Source of the DNA: Hemiscyllium ocellatum
Lineage: Eukaryota
Assembly: GCF_020745735.1 (NCBI RefSeq)
Contig: NC_083409.1
Coordinates: forward strand, 15,781,873 to 15,845,872
Direction: 5' to 3'
DNA length: 64,000 nucleotides
Part shown: one piece after another, positions 1 to 10,719 of the stretch
How the letters are laid out: every line of letters starts with the position of its first letter
How positions within the stretch are numbered: the first letter of the stretch is position 1
Program-made: the position numbers and the translations under genes
The notes under the pieces: generated by a model
Told to the model about the DNA's origin: nothing
The model's input: only the letters and a program-made list of their open reading frames with translations
Database searches by the model: none

Positions 1-960
1 CGAGTCCTACAGCACAGATACAGGCCCTTTGGCCCAAACCAGACCATGCTGACCAAAATATCCATCCACACAAACCCCATTTGCCCTGCACTTGGCCCAT
101 ATCCTTCAAATTACATACTATCTATGTATTTGTCCAAATACCTTTTAAATGTTGTTCATGTACCCTCCTCAATCATTCCATACGACTACCACCTTCTGTG
201 TAAAAATGATGCCCCTCAGGTTCCCGTTTATTCTAACCTTCAACTGATGCCCTCTAGGCCTTGATTCCCCAACCCTGGGACAAAGACTGAGTGCATTCAC
301 CCTATCCATGTTTCTCAAGATCTTATACACTTCTAAAAGATTCCCCTTTAGTCTCCAACATTCTTAAGAAAAATGTCCTAGCTGGCCCAAACTCTCCCAA
401 AAACTCAGATGTTGAAACCTGGCAACATCCTTGTAAATTTATTCTGCACTCTTTCCAGTTTAATAATATCCTTCATATAACAAGGTGACCAAAACTGAAC
501 ACAATACTCCAAGTGCAGCCTCACCAACGTCATGTACAATTGAAACATAACTTCCCAACTTCTACACCCAGTGCCCTGACTGATGACGGCCAGTGTGCCA
601 AAAGCCTTCTTCACTGCCCTGTCTAACTGTGACTCAACTTTCAGAGAACTGTGCACCTGAACTCTGAGATCCCACTGTTTCACTACAGTCCTGAAGGCCT
701 TACCATTCACCATGAAACTCCTACCTTGATTTAACTTTCCAAAATGCAAGACCTCATACTTATCTACATTAAACTCAATTTATCATTTCTTTTCCCACTT
801 CCACAGCTGATCAAGGTCCTGTTACAATATCTGATAACCTTCCTCATTGTCCACAATACCGGCTATTGTAATGTCTTCTAAATCATTGATATTGATAACA
901 AACAATAATGGGCCCAGCATCAATCCTGAGGCACTCCACTAGACTCAGGCCTCCAGTCTG
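1..960 (-). mobile_element. CR1-clade LINE, 3' part of ORF2 (degenerate)
   Basis: ORF 405-749(-) has typical CR1 C-terminal motifs (LVRLHLEYCVQFWSP, IIKLERVQNKFTRMLPG). Boundaries approximate. Confidence 0.85.
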
Positions 961-1739
961 ACAAGTATCCTTCCACTATGTCCCTCTGCTTTCTCCCATT
1001 CTCGCCAGTTAGAGAAAAGTATTTATCTTTGGTCAGAAATTAGTTTGGAGGTAGGAGACAGAGAGGAGGGATAATGTGTGTGCTCTCCAATGAGCAAAAT
1101 CTGGATAGTGGTGTCCCCAGGGAATTGGGCTGGAACCTCAGCATTTCACGATATTTCTAAATGACTTGGATGAAGGAATAGACAGCCATATATCCAAGAT
1201 TGTTGATCACACTGAGTGAGGCAGTTTGAAGGAGGTTACAGAGATAGGGAGAGTGGAGGACAGGGAGGGACTTGAGAACAAGGATGAGAATTTGAAAATC
1301 AAGGTGTTGCTGGACCAGGAACCAATGTAGGCACAGGGCGCAGGGGGTTGGAGGAATGGGATTTGATACGAGTTTAGATATGGGGCAGCAGAATTTGGGA
1401 TGAGCTGAAGGTTACGGAGGGCAGTGGCTGTGATGTGTGCAAGCGCAACATTGGTATGGTCATGTTTGGAGTCCCATGCACATGACAGAGATTTTCAGTT
1501 GCTGATCTTTGTGAGATGGAGGATATGGTGCTCAGATCAGCCCCAAAGATGAGGCCAAGTTTGTAAAGAGTCTGGTTGAGCAGCAGGCAGTGCTCAGGGA
1601 GAGGGATGGAATTTGTACTGGGAGCTGAAGGGGAATGGCTTTGATCTTCCCAATGTGTTTCCCAGTGAGCCTGGCTCCTCAGTCCTGACTGCTCTTAGCT
1701 GCTGTGATTGTCACTGATTGGACACTTATTATTAGAGAT

Positions 1740-2001
1740 TCTGACCACAGCAGAAAGCCCCAGTGTAAAAAATAACTGCAAAGACTGTCAGATCGCAAGG
1801 TTGAAACTTCACCAAAAGAGGAAGTGAAATAAAGAGCTCGGAGCAGCTGGATGTTTGTTACTGAGACGGGAGAAAACTGTGAACTGTCTGCACTCCCAAG
1901 AACCTGACAGCACAGGAGGCTGGTTCTGGGATTTTTCTTTTCAGAAACAGCACAGTGATGGGGAAAAAGGACAGTCACTCTCTCACAAACACATACACCT
2001 G
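1740..2001. promoter_or_regulatory. Candidate B-cell enhancer (PU.1-IRF composite, RUNX, E-boxes)
   Basis: AAAAGAGGAAGTGAAA at 1814-1829 (GGAAnnGAAA), ACCACA 1744-1749, CAGCTG 1844-1849, CACCTG 1996-2001, in a non-repeat island about 5.2 kb upstream of the V leader. Motif evidence only. Confidence 0.4.
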
Positions 2002-2199
2002 CACTCGGAGATCAGAAACAGAATCCAGCAGCAGCTCTGTCTCCAAGCTGTAAAACCTGAATGGAATTGTTCCCTCATTCAGTTTTTAACTGGCAGGATA
2101 GACCAAGCAGGGGAGGCAACACAGTGGTGTGTACAGTCGGAAGGGAGTTGCCCTGGGAGTCCTCACCATTAACTATGGAACCCATGAAGCCTCATGACA

Positions 2200-2620
2200 G
2201 CAGGTCAAACATGGGGAAGGAAACCTCCTGCTGATTACCACATAGCACCGCCCTCCACTCCAACCTCAACTGAGCAGTCAGTCCTCCTCCATGTTGACCA
2301 ACACTTGGAGGGAGCACTGAGGGTGGGAAGGATGCAGGATATACTCTGAGTAAGGGACTTCAAAGCCCACCATCAAGAGCTGCTCAGAAGCATCACTACT
2401 GAGCAAGTTGGTCAAGTTCCACCTGATTCAGCTGCTAGACTGGACCTGGGGCAAGTGGTGAGGGAACCAACAAGAGGGAAAATCATACTCACTATCACCC
2501 TCACCAACCTGCCTGCTGCTGGTGTATCTGTCCATGACAGTATCAGTAAGGGTGACAACTGCACAGTCCGTGTGGAGACAAAATCCCATCTTCACATTGA
2601 GATTACCTTGCATTTTGTTG
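2200..2620 (+). mobile_element. LINE apurinic-endonuclease-domain fragment
   Basis: ORF 2455-2658 VREPTRGKIILTITLTNLP...SISKGDNCTV resembles the conserved C-terminal end of the LINE EN domain (PTRG..LDL.LTN...SDH). Confidence 0.6.
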
Positions 2621-3567
2621 GGCAAGAGATATGGGATGTCAGGAAGAACTTTTTTTAGCAGCAATTGGTAATGACTTGGAAATTAGTGCCCATTCAGGTG
2701 AGGCAGGTGAAGACACTCAGTGATGGCAATGGCAGATTGGATGGGCTCTTGATGGAAATAAACCTGCAAGGCCCTGGCTGTCGAGTAGGGGAGGGGGTGG
2801 GACTGACTGGATTGCTCCATGAAATGACAGCATTTACACACTTAGTCTCACCTTTACACAAAGACTGGGAGAAACAGACAAACCAGTTCACAGAAATGTT
2901 TTCTCAAGCAAAACACTCTTGAACCAACTCAGAGAACACACCAGTCTAGATTTACTAGAATAAAGCAGCAAATCAATGGCAAGGGAACAGCGACCCAAAA
3001 GTGTTGGAACTGAACAGTATATTCAATATCACAAACAACGAGAGAGGGAGGGATGAAGGGCAGGAAGGCAGAGAGGATACTCTCGGGGTCTGAAGGCTCT
3101 GCTGTCAATGGTGGGATGGAGGAAGCAACAATGGGCAGGAGACCAGAGACAGAAGGTGGAAGGGGGAGGGAGGGAATGTGAGTCTACAGCAGGACACAGA
3201 GTGAGGGAGGAGGGAGGCCATGGAGGCAATTGGCTGGCAGTGAGGTCAGATTCTAGAACAACTGTAGTTGTGAGACAGGGAAGGGATCACTCCATATCAG
3301 ACAAGTTGGGGTTTATGGAATGTGGCTTCAGGAAGCTGGGAGAGGACATTGAAATCATAGAGTCAGGAGGTGGGATGAGCAGGAATTGGGGTTTCTGTGG
3401 TCAAGAGAGTGAGGTAATGCAGAGACAAACAATGTTGTGCAGATTGAAATAAGAGACCTACGTAATGGACAGGATGTGGGGTTACAGCTCAGGTACTGGA
3501 CAGTCCGGTGGGAAGGAGGCCCATGTTTACTGTTTATTGGTCCTATGGGAAGGTGCCCCATGTTTAC

Positions 3568-4812
3568 ATCATCATAGAGTCATAGAGGTTTACAGCGTGG
3601 CAACAGGCCCTTCTGCTCAACTCATCCATGCCGACCAAGTTTCCAAAACTGAACTAGTCCCATCTGCATGCGTTTGGCCCAATCCTCTCTAAATCCTTCC
3701 TATCCATGTTCCTGTAAAAATGTCTTTGAAATCTAGTAATTGTACTCCCCTCTACCATTTCCTCTGGCAGCTCATTGCACATACACACCAACTTCTGTGT
3801 GAAAAGATTGTCTCTCAGGCCCCTTCTAATTCTTTCCCATCTCAACTTAAAAGTATTCCTTCTCATACTAGACTCTCCTACCCTGGGGGAAAAAAAAACT
3901 TTGGCTATTCACCTTATCTATGGCCCTAATGATTCTATAAACCTGTCTAAGGTCACCCCTCAATCTCCTGCATTCATTGGAAAAATCTCTCGGACTATCC
4001 ATCCTCGCCTTGTAATTCAAACTCACCAACCTTGGTAACATCCCTGTTAATCTTTCTTTTATCCAAACCAGTGTAATAACTTCCTTCCTATAGCAGGGTA
4101 AGCAGGAATGTACACAGTGTCCAAATGTGGCCTTACCAATGCCTTGTACAGCTGTAACATGATGTCCCAGCTCCTGTACTCCCTGCTTTGACCAGTGAAG
4201 GTGAGCGTGCCAAATGCCTTCTTCACCACCCTCTCTACCTGTGACACCACTTTCAAGGAACTATGCACTTGTACCCCTCAGTGTCTCTGTTCAACAACAC
4301 TCCCCATGGCTCTACCATCAGTTGTGTAATTCCTGCCCTAGTTGGTCTTACCAAAATGCAACTCCTTGCATTTATCGAAATTAAGCTCCATCTGGATTTG
4401 TTGACCCACTGGCCCAGTTGATGAAGATGACATTGCATTCTTAGATAATCTTCTTACCTGTCCACGATGCCAACAATTTTAATGTCAGCCACAAACTTAC
4501 TGACATTCCTGCTATTTTCTCATACAAATTGTTCATGTAAATGATGAACAACAGTGGATCCAGGATCGATTCTTGTGGAAGATGGCTGGTCACTGGCCTC
4601 CAGTCTCAAGATCAACCCTCTCTCACCAGCCTCTGCCTCCTACCATCAGGCCCATTTTATATCCAATTGGTTAACTCTACCTGGATCCTCTGTGATATAA
4701 TCTTACTAAGCAGTCTACAATGGGGAACCTTGTCTAAGGCCTTGCTAAAGTCCATGTCGACGATGTGTACTGATCTATCTTAAGCTATCTATTTCTTCAA
4801 AAACTCAACTAT
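3568..4812 (-). mobile_element. 5'-truncated CR1 LINE with (CTATGA)-type tail
   Basis: Minus-strand ORFs 3654-3866, 4059-4268 and 4253-4438 are successive CR1 ORF2 pieces; tail repeat atcatagagtcatagag at about 3570. Confidence 0.85.
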
Positions 4813-4834
4813 CCACTTGTCACCATTAGAAGGA

Positions 4835-5085
4835 CAAGTGAATAGGAGGCCCACATTTACTGGTCTTCTTGGAGTATCCAGTCAGAAGGAGGTCCATGTT
4901 TACTGGTTTCCTTTGGAGAGTCCATTACGAAGGAGGCCAACATTTATTGGAGGCTCAAGCAGGAACAATGCCCATGTTTACTGGTCTCTATTGGGAGCTC
5001 AGTGGGAAGGAGGCCCATGTCTCTCTATGGGGCACTCTCGTGAACTGACGTCCATGTTTACTGGACTCTGTTGGAGAGTCCAGTG
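4835..5085. repeat. Degenerate ~40-bp minisatellite (GGAAGGAGGCCCATGTTTACTGG core)
   Basis: About six diverged units; two more units at 3510-3567 on the other side of the CR1. Confidence 0.75.
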
Positions 5086-5504
5086 CAGTGTGGACACCAT
5101 GGTGGGTGTGGGGTTCAGTTCCTTTCTGTTGTAACTGTGTGATGGTCCAACCCTCATCCCAGTAAAACACACTGACTCAGAGACTGATCGTAGAAGGGGA
5201 AGGAGAGGGGAAGGGATTGGAACATGTTGTGAATGGACAGGATGGGTTAGTGGGTCAGAGCCTGTGCTGTCCCTCCAGCTCACACTGATGGCCTGAGGAT
5301 CTCCTCTCTCTGCTGGGCCTTCATGGAATGAGGTTTGTGTCCAAACCAGTCCCCAGTGAGAATAGGCCAACAGCACAGAACTGCCCTTCATTTAACAAGA
5401 ATCTGTCCATCTTCCTGAGAGATACCAAAACCTGGTCAATGTGGAAATGGGCCTTTACTCCAGGAGAAGACATGCTTCTGGGGTCAAGGGTTAACATCCA
5501 TTAG

Positions 5505-5900
5505 TGGGGCAGAGCAGAGAGAGATATATCCTGAATTCAACTGTCACCACCTGGGACACTGTGAGAAAGAGAGAGAAGTGAGACAGAGAGAGAGAAATAG
5601 AGGCCGAGTGGGCTGCGGAGAATGAGGGAGAAACAGAGGGAGAAATAGAGAGGGGCAGATAACATTTGGAGGCTTTCAATTGAAGTGAGAGATGGAGCGA
5701 GTGACGAAGACAGTGAGAGATGGAGAAAGATTATGAGACGGAGTGAGGAAGCGTGAGTGAGTTGGAGGGAGTGGCTATGAGACAGAGTGAGAGAGAGGGA
5801 ATATGAGAGAGATTAACAGTGGGAGAGAGAGATAGATGTAGAGAGATCAAAGTAGCAGATGTGAGACAGAAAGGGGAAAAGAGAGAGAGAGAGAGAGAAA
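5505..5900. repeat. GA-rich low-complexity tract
   Basis: Runs of GAGA/GAGAGA throughout. Confidence 0.8.
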
Positions 5901-6875
5901 GGTCCTGATCACCACATTCTGGGAAGGATGTGATTGTACTTGAGAGGGGGCAGAGGAGATTTCCCAGGATGCTGCCTGGGATGAAGGGTCAGCTATGAGG
6001 AAAGATTGGAAAGGTTGGGGCTGTTTTCCTTGGAGCATTGAAGGTTGAGAGGGACCTGATAGAGAGGTATAAGATAATTGTTGGCAGTGATATGTTGCAT
6101 AGGAAGGCACTTTATACAAGAGTAAAGGACTCAATAACCAGGGACAGAGATTGAAGGTAACACAGACATGGACACATTGAAACTTGGAGCAGGAGCAGGC
6201 CATTCGGCCCTTTGAATCTTATGTGTCATTCAGTATGATCATGGCTGATCCTCTCTCTCAATGCTGTGTTGCTGCTTTCTCCCTATTTCCTTCATGCTGT
6301 TAAAATGCAAAACAACTCTTTTTTTTCTTGAATATATTCAGTTCCTTGTCCTCCACAGCTGTTTGTGGTAGAGAATTCATCAGGTTGACCATTCTCTGAG
6401 TGAAGAAATGTTTCCTCATCTCAGTCCTAAATGGTCTACCCTGTATCCCCCTGAGCCTGTGTCCCCTGGTTCCAGATTCTCCAACCAGGGGAAACCTCCT
6501 CCCTGCCCAGCCCTGTTACAATTTTATGTGTTTCAATCAGATCCCCTCTCATCCTTCTAAACTCGAGTGAATCCAGGCCCAGTTGAGTTGCAGAGTGAGA
6601 GGAGAATTGAGGAGAAATGTTTTCACCCAGAGGGTGGTGGGAGTCTGGAACTCACTGCCTAAAAGGCTGGTTGAGTCACAAATTCTCGTGACATTGGAGC
6701 AGTGTTTAGATATTCCCTTGTGTTGCTATAGCCCCCAGGGTAATGGGCCATGAGCTGGAGGATGGGATTAGTGTCATCACATCTTTGTTTACCAGCACAG
6801 ATACAATAGGACAAATGGCCTCATTCAGTGCTGTTCACATCAATCACTCTCTGAGACAAAGAGAGAGAGAGAAGT

Positions 6876-6970
6876 GGAAGTGTGAGGGGCTGACGTGGCT
6901 CTCTCTACCTGATGCCATTTACATACTGAGGAACACCCAGTCAGACTCTCACAGGCTGCAGCTTTATAAA
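6876..6970 (+). promoter_or_regulatory. IgL V promoter: ETS site, CRE half-site, variant octamer, TATA
   Basis: GGAAGTG 6876-6882, TGACGT 6891-6896, ATTTACAT 6917-6924 (1 mismatch to ATTTGCAT), TATAAA 6965-6970, about 60 bp before the leader ATG. Confidence 0.7.
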
Positions 6971-7030
6971 GCAGAGCCCAGTGAAGGGAGAGTTTATCAG
7001 GAACCAGGCACAGGGACAGGAGCACACACC

Positions 7031-7079
7031 ATGATTTCACACATCCAGCTGATCTGGCCCCTGGCATTCTGTGTCGCAG
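7031..7079 (+). CDS. IGKV: Ig kappa-type light chain leader exon (L1)
   Basis: ATG in ACACACC-ATG context encodes MISHIQLIWPLAFCVA-G; phase-1 GT donor at 7080; 186-bp intron to AG at 7264-7265. Confidence 0.95.
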
Positions 7080-7265
7080 GTACAAATCTCTCTCCTTCCG
7101 CCTTGAATCTTTAGTTGCTCTCCATTTCACTCCAATTCCACTGACTTGTGATTGAAGGGAAAATGCTGAAACCAGAGGAATGCTCAGTGTCTCCAACAAT
7201 CTCTCATTTGACCGGCTCTTTCTGTGACAGTTCTGACTTCACTGTGTTTCTCTCTGATCCCTCAG

Positions 7266-7564
7266 GTATCAGTGGGGACATCATCATGACTCAGTCTCCC
7301 CCGGTGCTGTCAGTGGGACTGGGCCAGACCGCAACACTCACCTGTACGGCCAGTCAATCTGTTAGCAATGAGCTTTCCTGGTACCAGCAGCGAGAAGGTC
7401 AGAAACCCTCTCTCCTGATCTATGCTGCAACAAATCGATTCACAGGAGTCTCCGATCGATTCACCGGCAGTGGATCAGGGACCAGTTTCACCCTGAAAAT
7501 CAGCAACGTTCAGAATGAGGATGTCGCTGACTATTACTGTATGCAGGATTACAGCTACCCTCGA
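7266..7564 (+). CDS. IGKV: Ig kappa-type (shark type III/NS4-like) V segment, open and germline (unjoined)
   Basis: [27 protein letters not shown]...[15 protein letters not shown]...[15 protein letters not shown]; both Cys and the Trp are conserved; no stops. Confidence 0.98.
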
Positions 7565-7592
7565 CACAGTGACACAGAGCCATACAAAAACC
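7565..7592 (+). other. V recombination signal sequence, 12-bp spacer
   Basis: CACAGTG + ACACAGAGCCAT (12) + ACAAAAACC, perfect consensus. Confidence 0.99.
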
Positions 7593-8000
7593 TCAAAGCA
7601 CACAGAATCACCTCCTGTACTGACACATCCACGGTTATATAAAATGCATAATAATGGACACACAGTCCCACCGCCTGAACTGTCATATCCCACAGTTAGA
7701 TCTAAATGAAACTGATCAAATTACCCCATGCTGGGATTGTCACTGCCCACGACACACTCCAGTCCCTGTGGTGTCTCAACGCTCACTGAAGGCCTCAAGT
7801 TTCCCCCTTCCACTGCATGGCCACATGTGAAGAACAGCTGCAAGATTTAACAACAAAAAATGAAGTTCACAACCCAGAGGCAGAGACAGAAAGACACATG
7901 AATGAGGGAGAGACTGATAGGGGCAAAAAGAGGGTGAGAGTGACCGACAGACTGGGAAATAGGGAGAGGGTGAGAGTGACAGAGGGAAGCAGAGAGCTGA

Positions 8001-8039
8001 GGTTTTTGTACAGCCTCTACACTGGGAGCTCTCACTGTG
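8001..8039 (-). other. J recombination signal sequence, 23-bp spacer
   Basis: GGTTTTTGT (8001-8009) + 23-bp spacer + CACTGTG (8033-8039). The 12(V)/23(J) arrangement is kappa-like; V-J interval 475 bp. Confidence 0.99.
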
Positions 8040-8074
8040 GCTTACGTTCGGTAAAGGAACCAAGCTCAGACTGA
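8040..8074 (+). CDS. IGKJ: Ig kappa-type J segment
   Basis: G-CTT ACG TTC GGT AAA GGA ACC AAG CTC AGA CTG A = LTFGKGTKLRL (FGxG motif), followed by GTAAGT donor at 8075-8080. Confidence 0.98.
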
Positions 8075-8444
8075 GTAAGTAAACCTCAATCCTCCGTTAT
8101 TAACCCTTTCAATACTGAAACTTTCTAAATCACAAATGCTGAATTGATGCAGGTGTTAGTGGGGAGCTGCAGTGAATGAAATGGTTGAATGAGGAGCACT
8201 GTGTCTAACAGGGTGTCCAGCTGTATTTCTGTCGTCCTATTGCCCTGCTTAAGCAGCAAGATATAAGTCAGTAAGTTTTACTCACCGTGTGGAGGAGCTC
8301 TGTCCATTTGCAGCCTGTGGTCCCATTCCTGCAGCATGGAGTGAAATCAGTGAGTAGCCTCCTGCCAGTCTCAGTGTGACGGACACGGGGCAGAGTTTGA
8401 TGTGAGCTCTGGCTCCCTGTCCCAGTCTCTGATCTCACTGACCT

Positions 8445-8477
<33 letters not shown>
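8445..8477. repeat. (CAG)11 microsatellite
   Basis: Direct count. Confidence 0.95.
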
Positions 8478-8479
<2 letters not shown>

Positions 8480-8539
8480 CAGTGAGACACCGAGCTCCCA
8501 CCTCCCCCAGCTTTAACTCTGCTCAATCACACAATCACA

Positions 8540-9000
8540 GAATCGTTTCAGTGCACAAGGAGGCCATTCAACTCATCCTGTCTGGACCGGCTCTCTGAAT
8601 GAGCAATTCACTGAGTGTCATTCTGCTGCCTTCTCCCTGTCACCCTGCACATTGTTCCTTTTTGAATAACAGTCTCATTCCCTTCGGAATGTTTTAATTG
8701 AAGCTGCCTCCACCACACTCTCAGGCAGTGCATTCCACACCTTAACCACCCACTGGCTGAAAATGTTTTTCCCCCATCTCACTTTCGCCTCTTTTACCAA
8801 TTATTTTCAATCCATGGCCTCTCCCTCTCAATTCTTTCTCAGGTGGGAACATTTTCTCCTGGTTTACTCTGTTCAGACCCCTCCTGATTTTGAATTTCTC
8901 GATCAAATCTCCTCTCTGCCTTCTCTTCTCTGAGGAAAACAGTCCCAATGTCTTCAGTCTATCTTCATAACTCACGTTCCTCATCCTCGATGGGTCAGAT
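8540..9000 (-). mobile_element. CR1 LINE 3' fragment
   Basis: ORF 8742-8984(-) SYEDRLKTLGLFSSEKRRQRGDLIEKFKI is the CR1 ORF2 C-terminus. Confidence 0.8.
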
Positions 9001-9249
9001 AGCCCACTCCTGCTCCTATTTCTAATGTTCTTATTATCTTATCTTCCTATGTGAGAGACACACATCAGATTTCCACTTAACACTCTGTGGCTGTACCTTC
9101 CCAGTCTTATTCCCAACACTCCGTGCAGTCCCATCCTTACACAGTTACCCTGATTTAGAATTTATTACTCTCTCTCCCTCACTCTGAAACTGGGTAAGAA
9201 GTTCTATTCCTTATTCTGGTGCTATCTATCTCTCCCAGGATTCTGTGCA

Positions 9250-10250
9250 CCTCTGTGTTCCTCTCTGGTATTCCCTCCTGGATCCCACAGGCCAAGATAG
9301 TTTAAACCCTCTCCAACAGCACGAGTAAATCACCCCAAAGGAACTCAGTCCCAGGTCTGTTCAGGAGCAACCCGTCTGGTCTGTACATGTCCATCTCCCC
9401 CCAAAGCCAGTCCCAATGTTAAAATAATCGAAATACCTTCCTCCTGGACTGTCTTTTCAGTTCCACAGTCACCTGTGCTATCCTCCTCTTTCTATTCTCA
9501 GTTGTGTGGGGCACTGGGGGTAATCTTGGAAATTCCTACTTTTGAGCTCCTGCTGCTAATTCCCTCTGGAACTCCCTAAATTCTGACTGGAGGACCACAT
9601 CCCTTTTCTCCCGCTGTCACTGGGACCGATGTGGACCATGACTGCTGCCTGTTCCCCCTCTCCCCTCAGGGTGCTCTGCAGCAGCTCAGTGACATCCTTC
9701 ACCTTGGCACCAGGGAGATAACACACCATCCTGGATTCCCATCTGCAGCTGCAGAAACACCTATCGATGCCCTCACTCTCGAATCTCCTCTCACTCTCAC
9801 TCTTCCAGTCTTCCTTGTGCCCCCCTATACAGCTGAGCCCCCCATGGTGCCATGGACTTGGCTCTGGCTGCACGCCCCAGATGAACCATCATTCTGATCA
9901 GGATTCTGAACTGAATCCTGGTTGGAGAGTGAGATACACTCATGGGATTCCTGTACTAGCTGCCTGGTCCTTTTGGACTGTCTGCTGCTCCCCCATTCCC
10001 TCTCTCCCTGCATACTCTGAAGCTGCAGAGTGATCACATCTAGAAACGTGCTCTCTACGGAGCTCTCAGCCTCACGGACGCTCCTCACTGACACCAGCTG
10101 CTGCTCAAGCTCCGAAACCCGGAGTTCCAACTGCTGTCACTGACCACACTTCCTGTGCTCATGGTATTCCAGGAAGCAGGACAAGCAGTTTCCTCATGCA
10201 ACCTGATGCAACTCTCACCACTCCCTGATTATCTTTTGTCAAAGTTCTTT
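9250..10250 (-). mobile_element. CR1 LINE ORF1 region (coiled coil plus esterase-like domain), degenerate
   Basis: ORF 9825-10130 ELRVSELEQQL and ORF 9556-9873 SRMVCYLPGAKVKDV...VMVHIG resemble CR1 ORF1p. Confidence 0.8.
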
Positions 10251-10299
10251 TGAGAAACAGCAACAGCAGGGCTCACAAACCAGTACTTTCAATGTCCAT

Positions 10300-10635
10300 A
10301 GAATCACAGAATTCCTACAGTATGGAAACAGGCCATTTGGTCCATCAAGTCCACGCTGACCCTCCGAACAATAACCCACCCAGACCCATTCCCCTACCTT
10401 TTTAACCTACATTTACTCCTGACTAATGTACCTAACCTGCACTATGGGCAATTTAGCATGGCCAATTCACCGAACCTGCACAGCTTTGGACTGTGGGAGG
10501 AAACCAGAGCACCTGGAGGAAACCCACGCAGACACAGGGAGAACATGCAAACTCCACACAGACAGACGCCCGAGGCTAGAATCAAACCTGGGTCCATAGC
10601 GCTGTGAGGTAGCAGGGCTAACCACTAAGTGACCG
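10300..10635 (-). mobile_element. tRNA-derived SINE (HE1/V-SINE type), older copy
   Basis: Same central block (GGAGGAAACC...CACGCAGACAC...AAACTCCACAC) as the copies at 12926 and 26152. Confidence 0.8.
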
Positions 10636-10719
10636 TACTTCCAGTTTTCCAGGGTTTCAAGGAACCTCGACATAAACCCAAAATACTTAAGATATAGGAG
10701 CAGAATTGGGCCAGTCAGA

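Noticed and set aside
1679-1978. 99-aa minus ORF with a hydrophobic stretch
   Set aside because: No ATG start, no clear splice sites, no recognisable family; the region is better explained as regulatory.
1951-1993. CACAGTG followed by ACAAACACA resembling an RSS
   Set aside because: Spacer is 27 bp, not 12 or 23, and no V-like coding flank precedes it.
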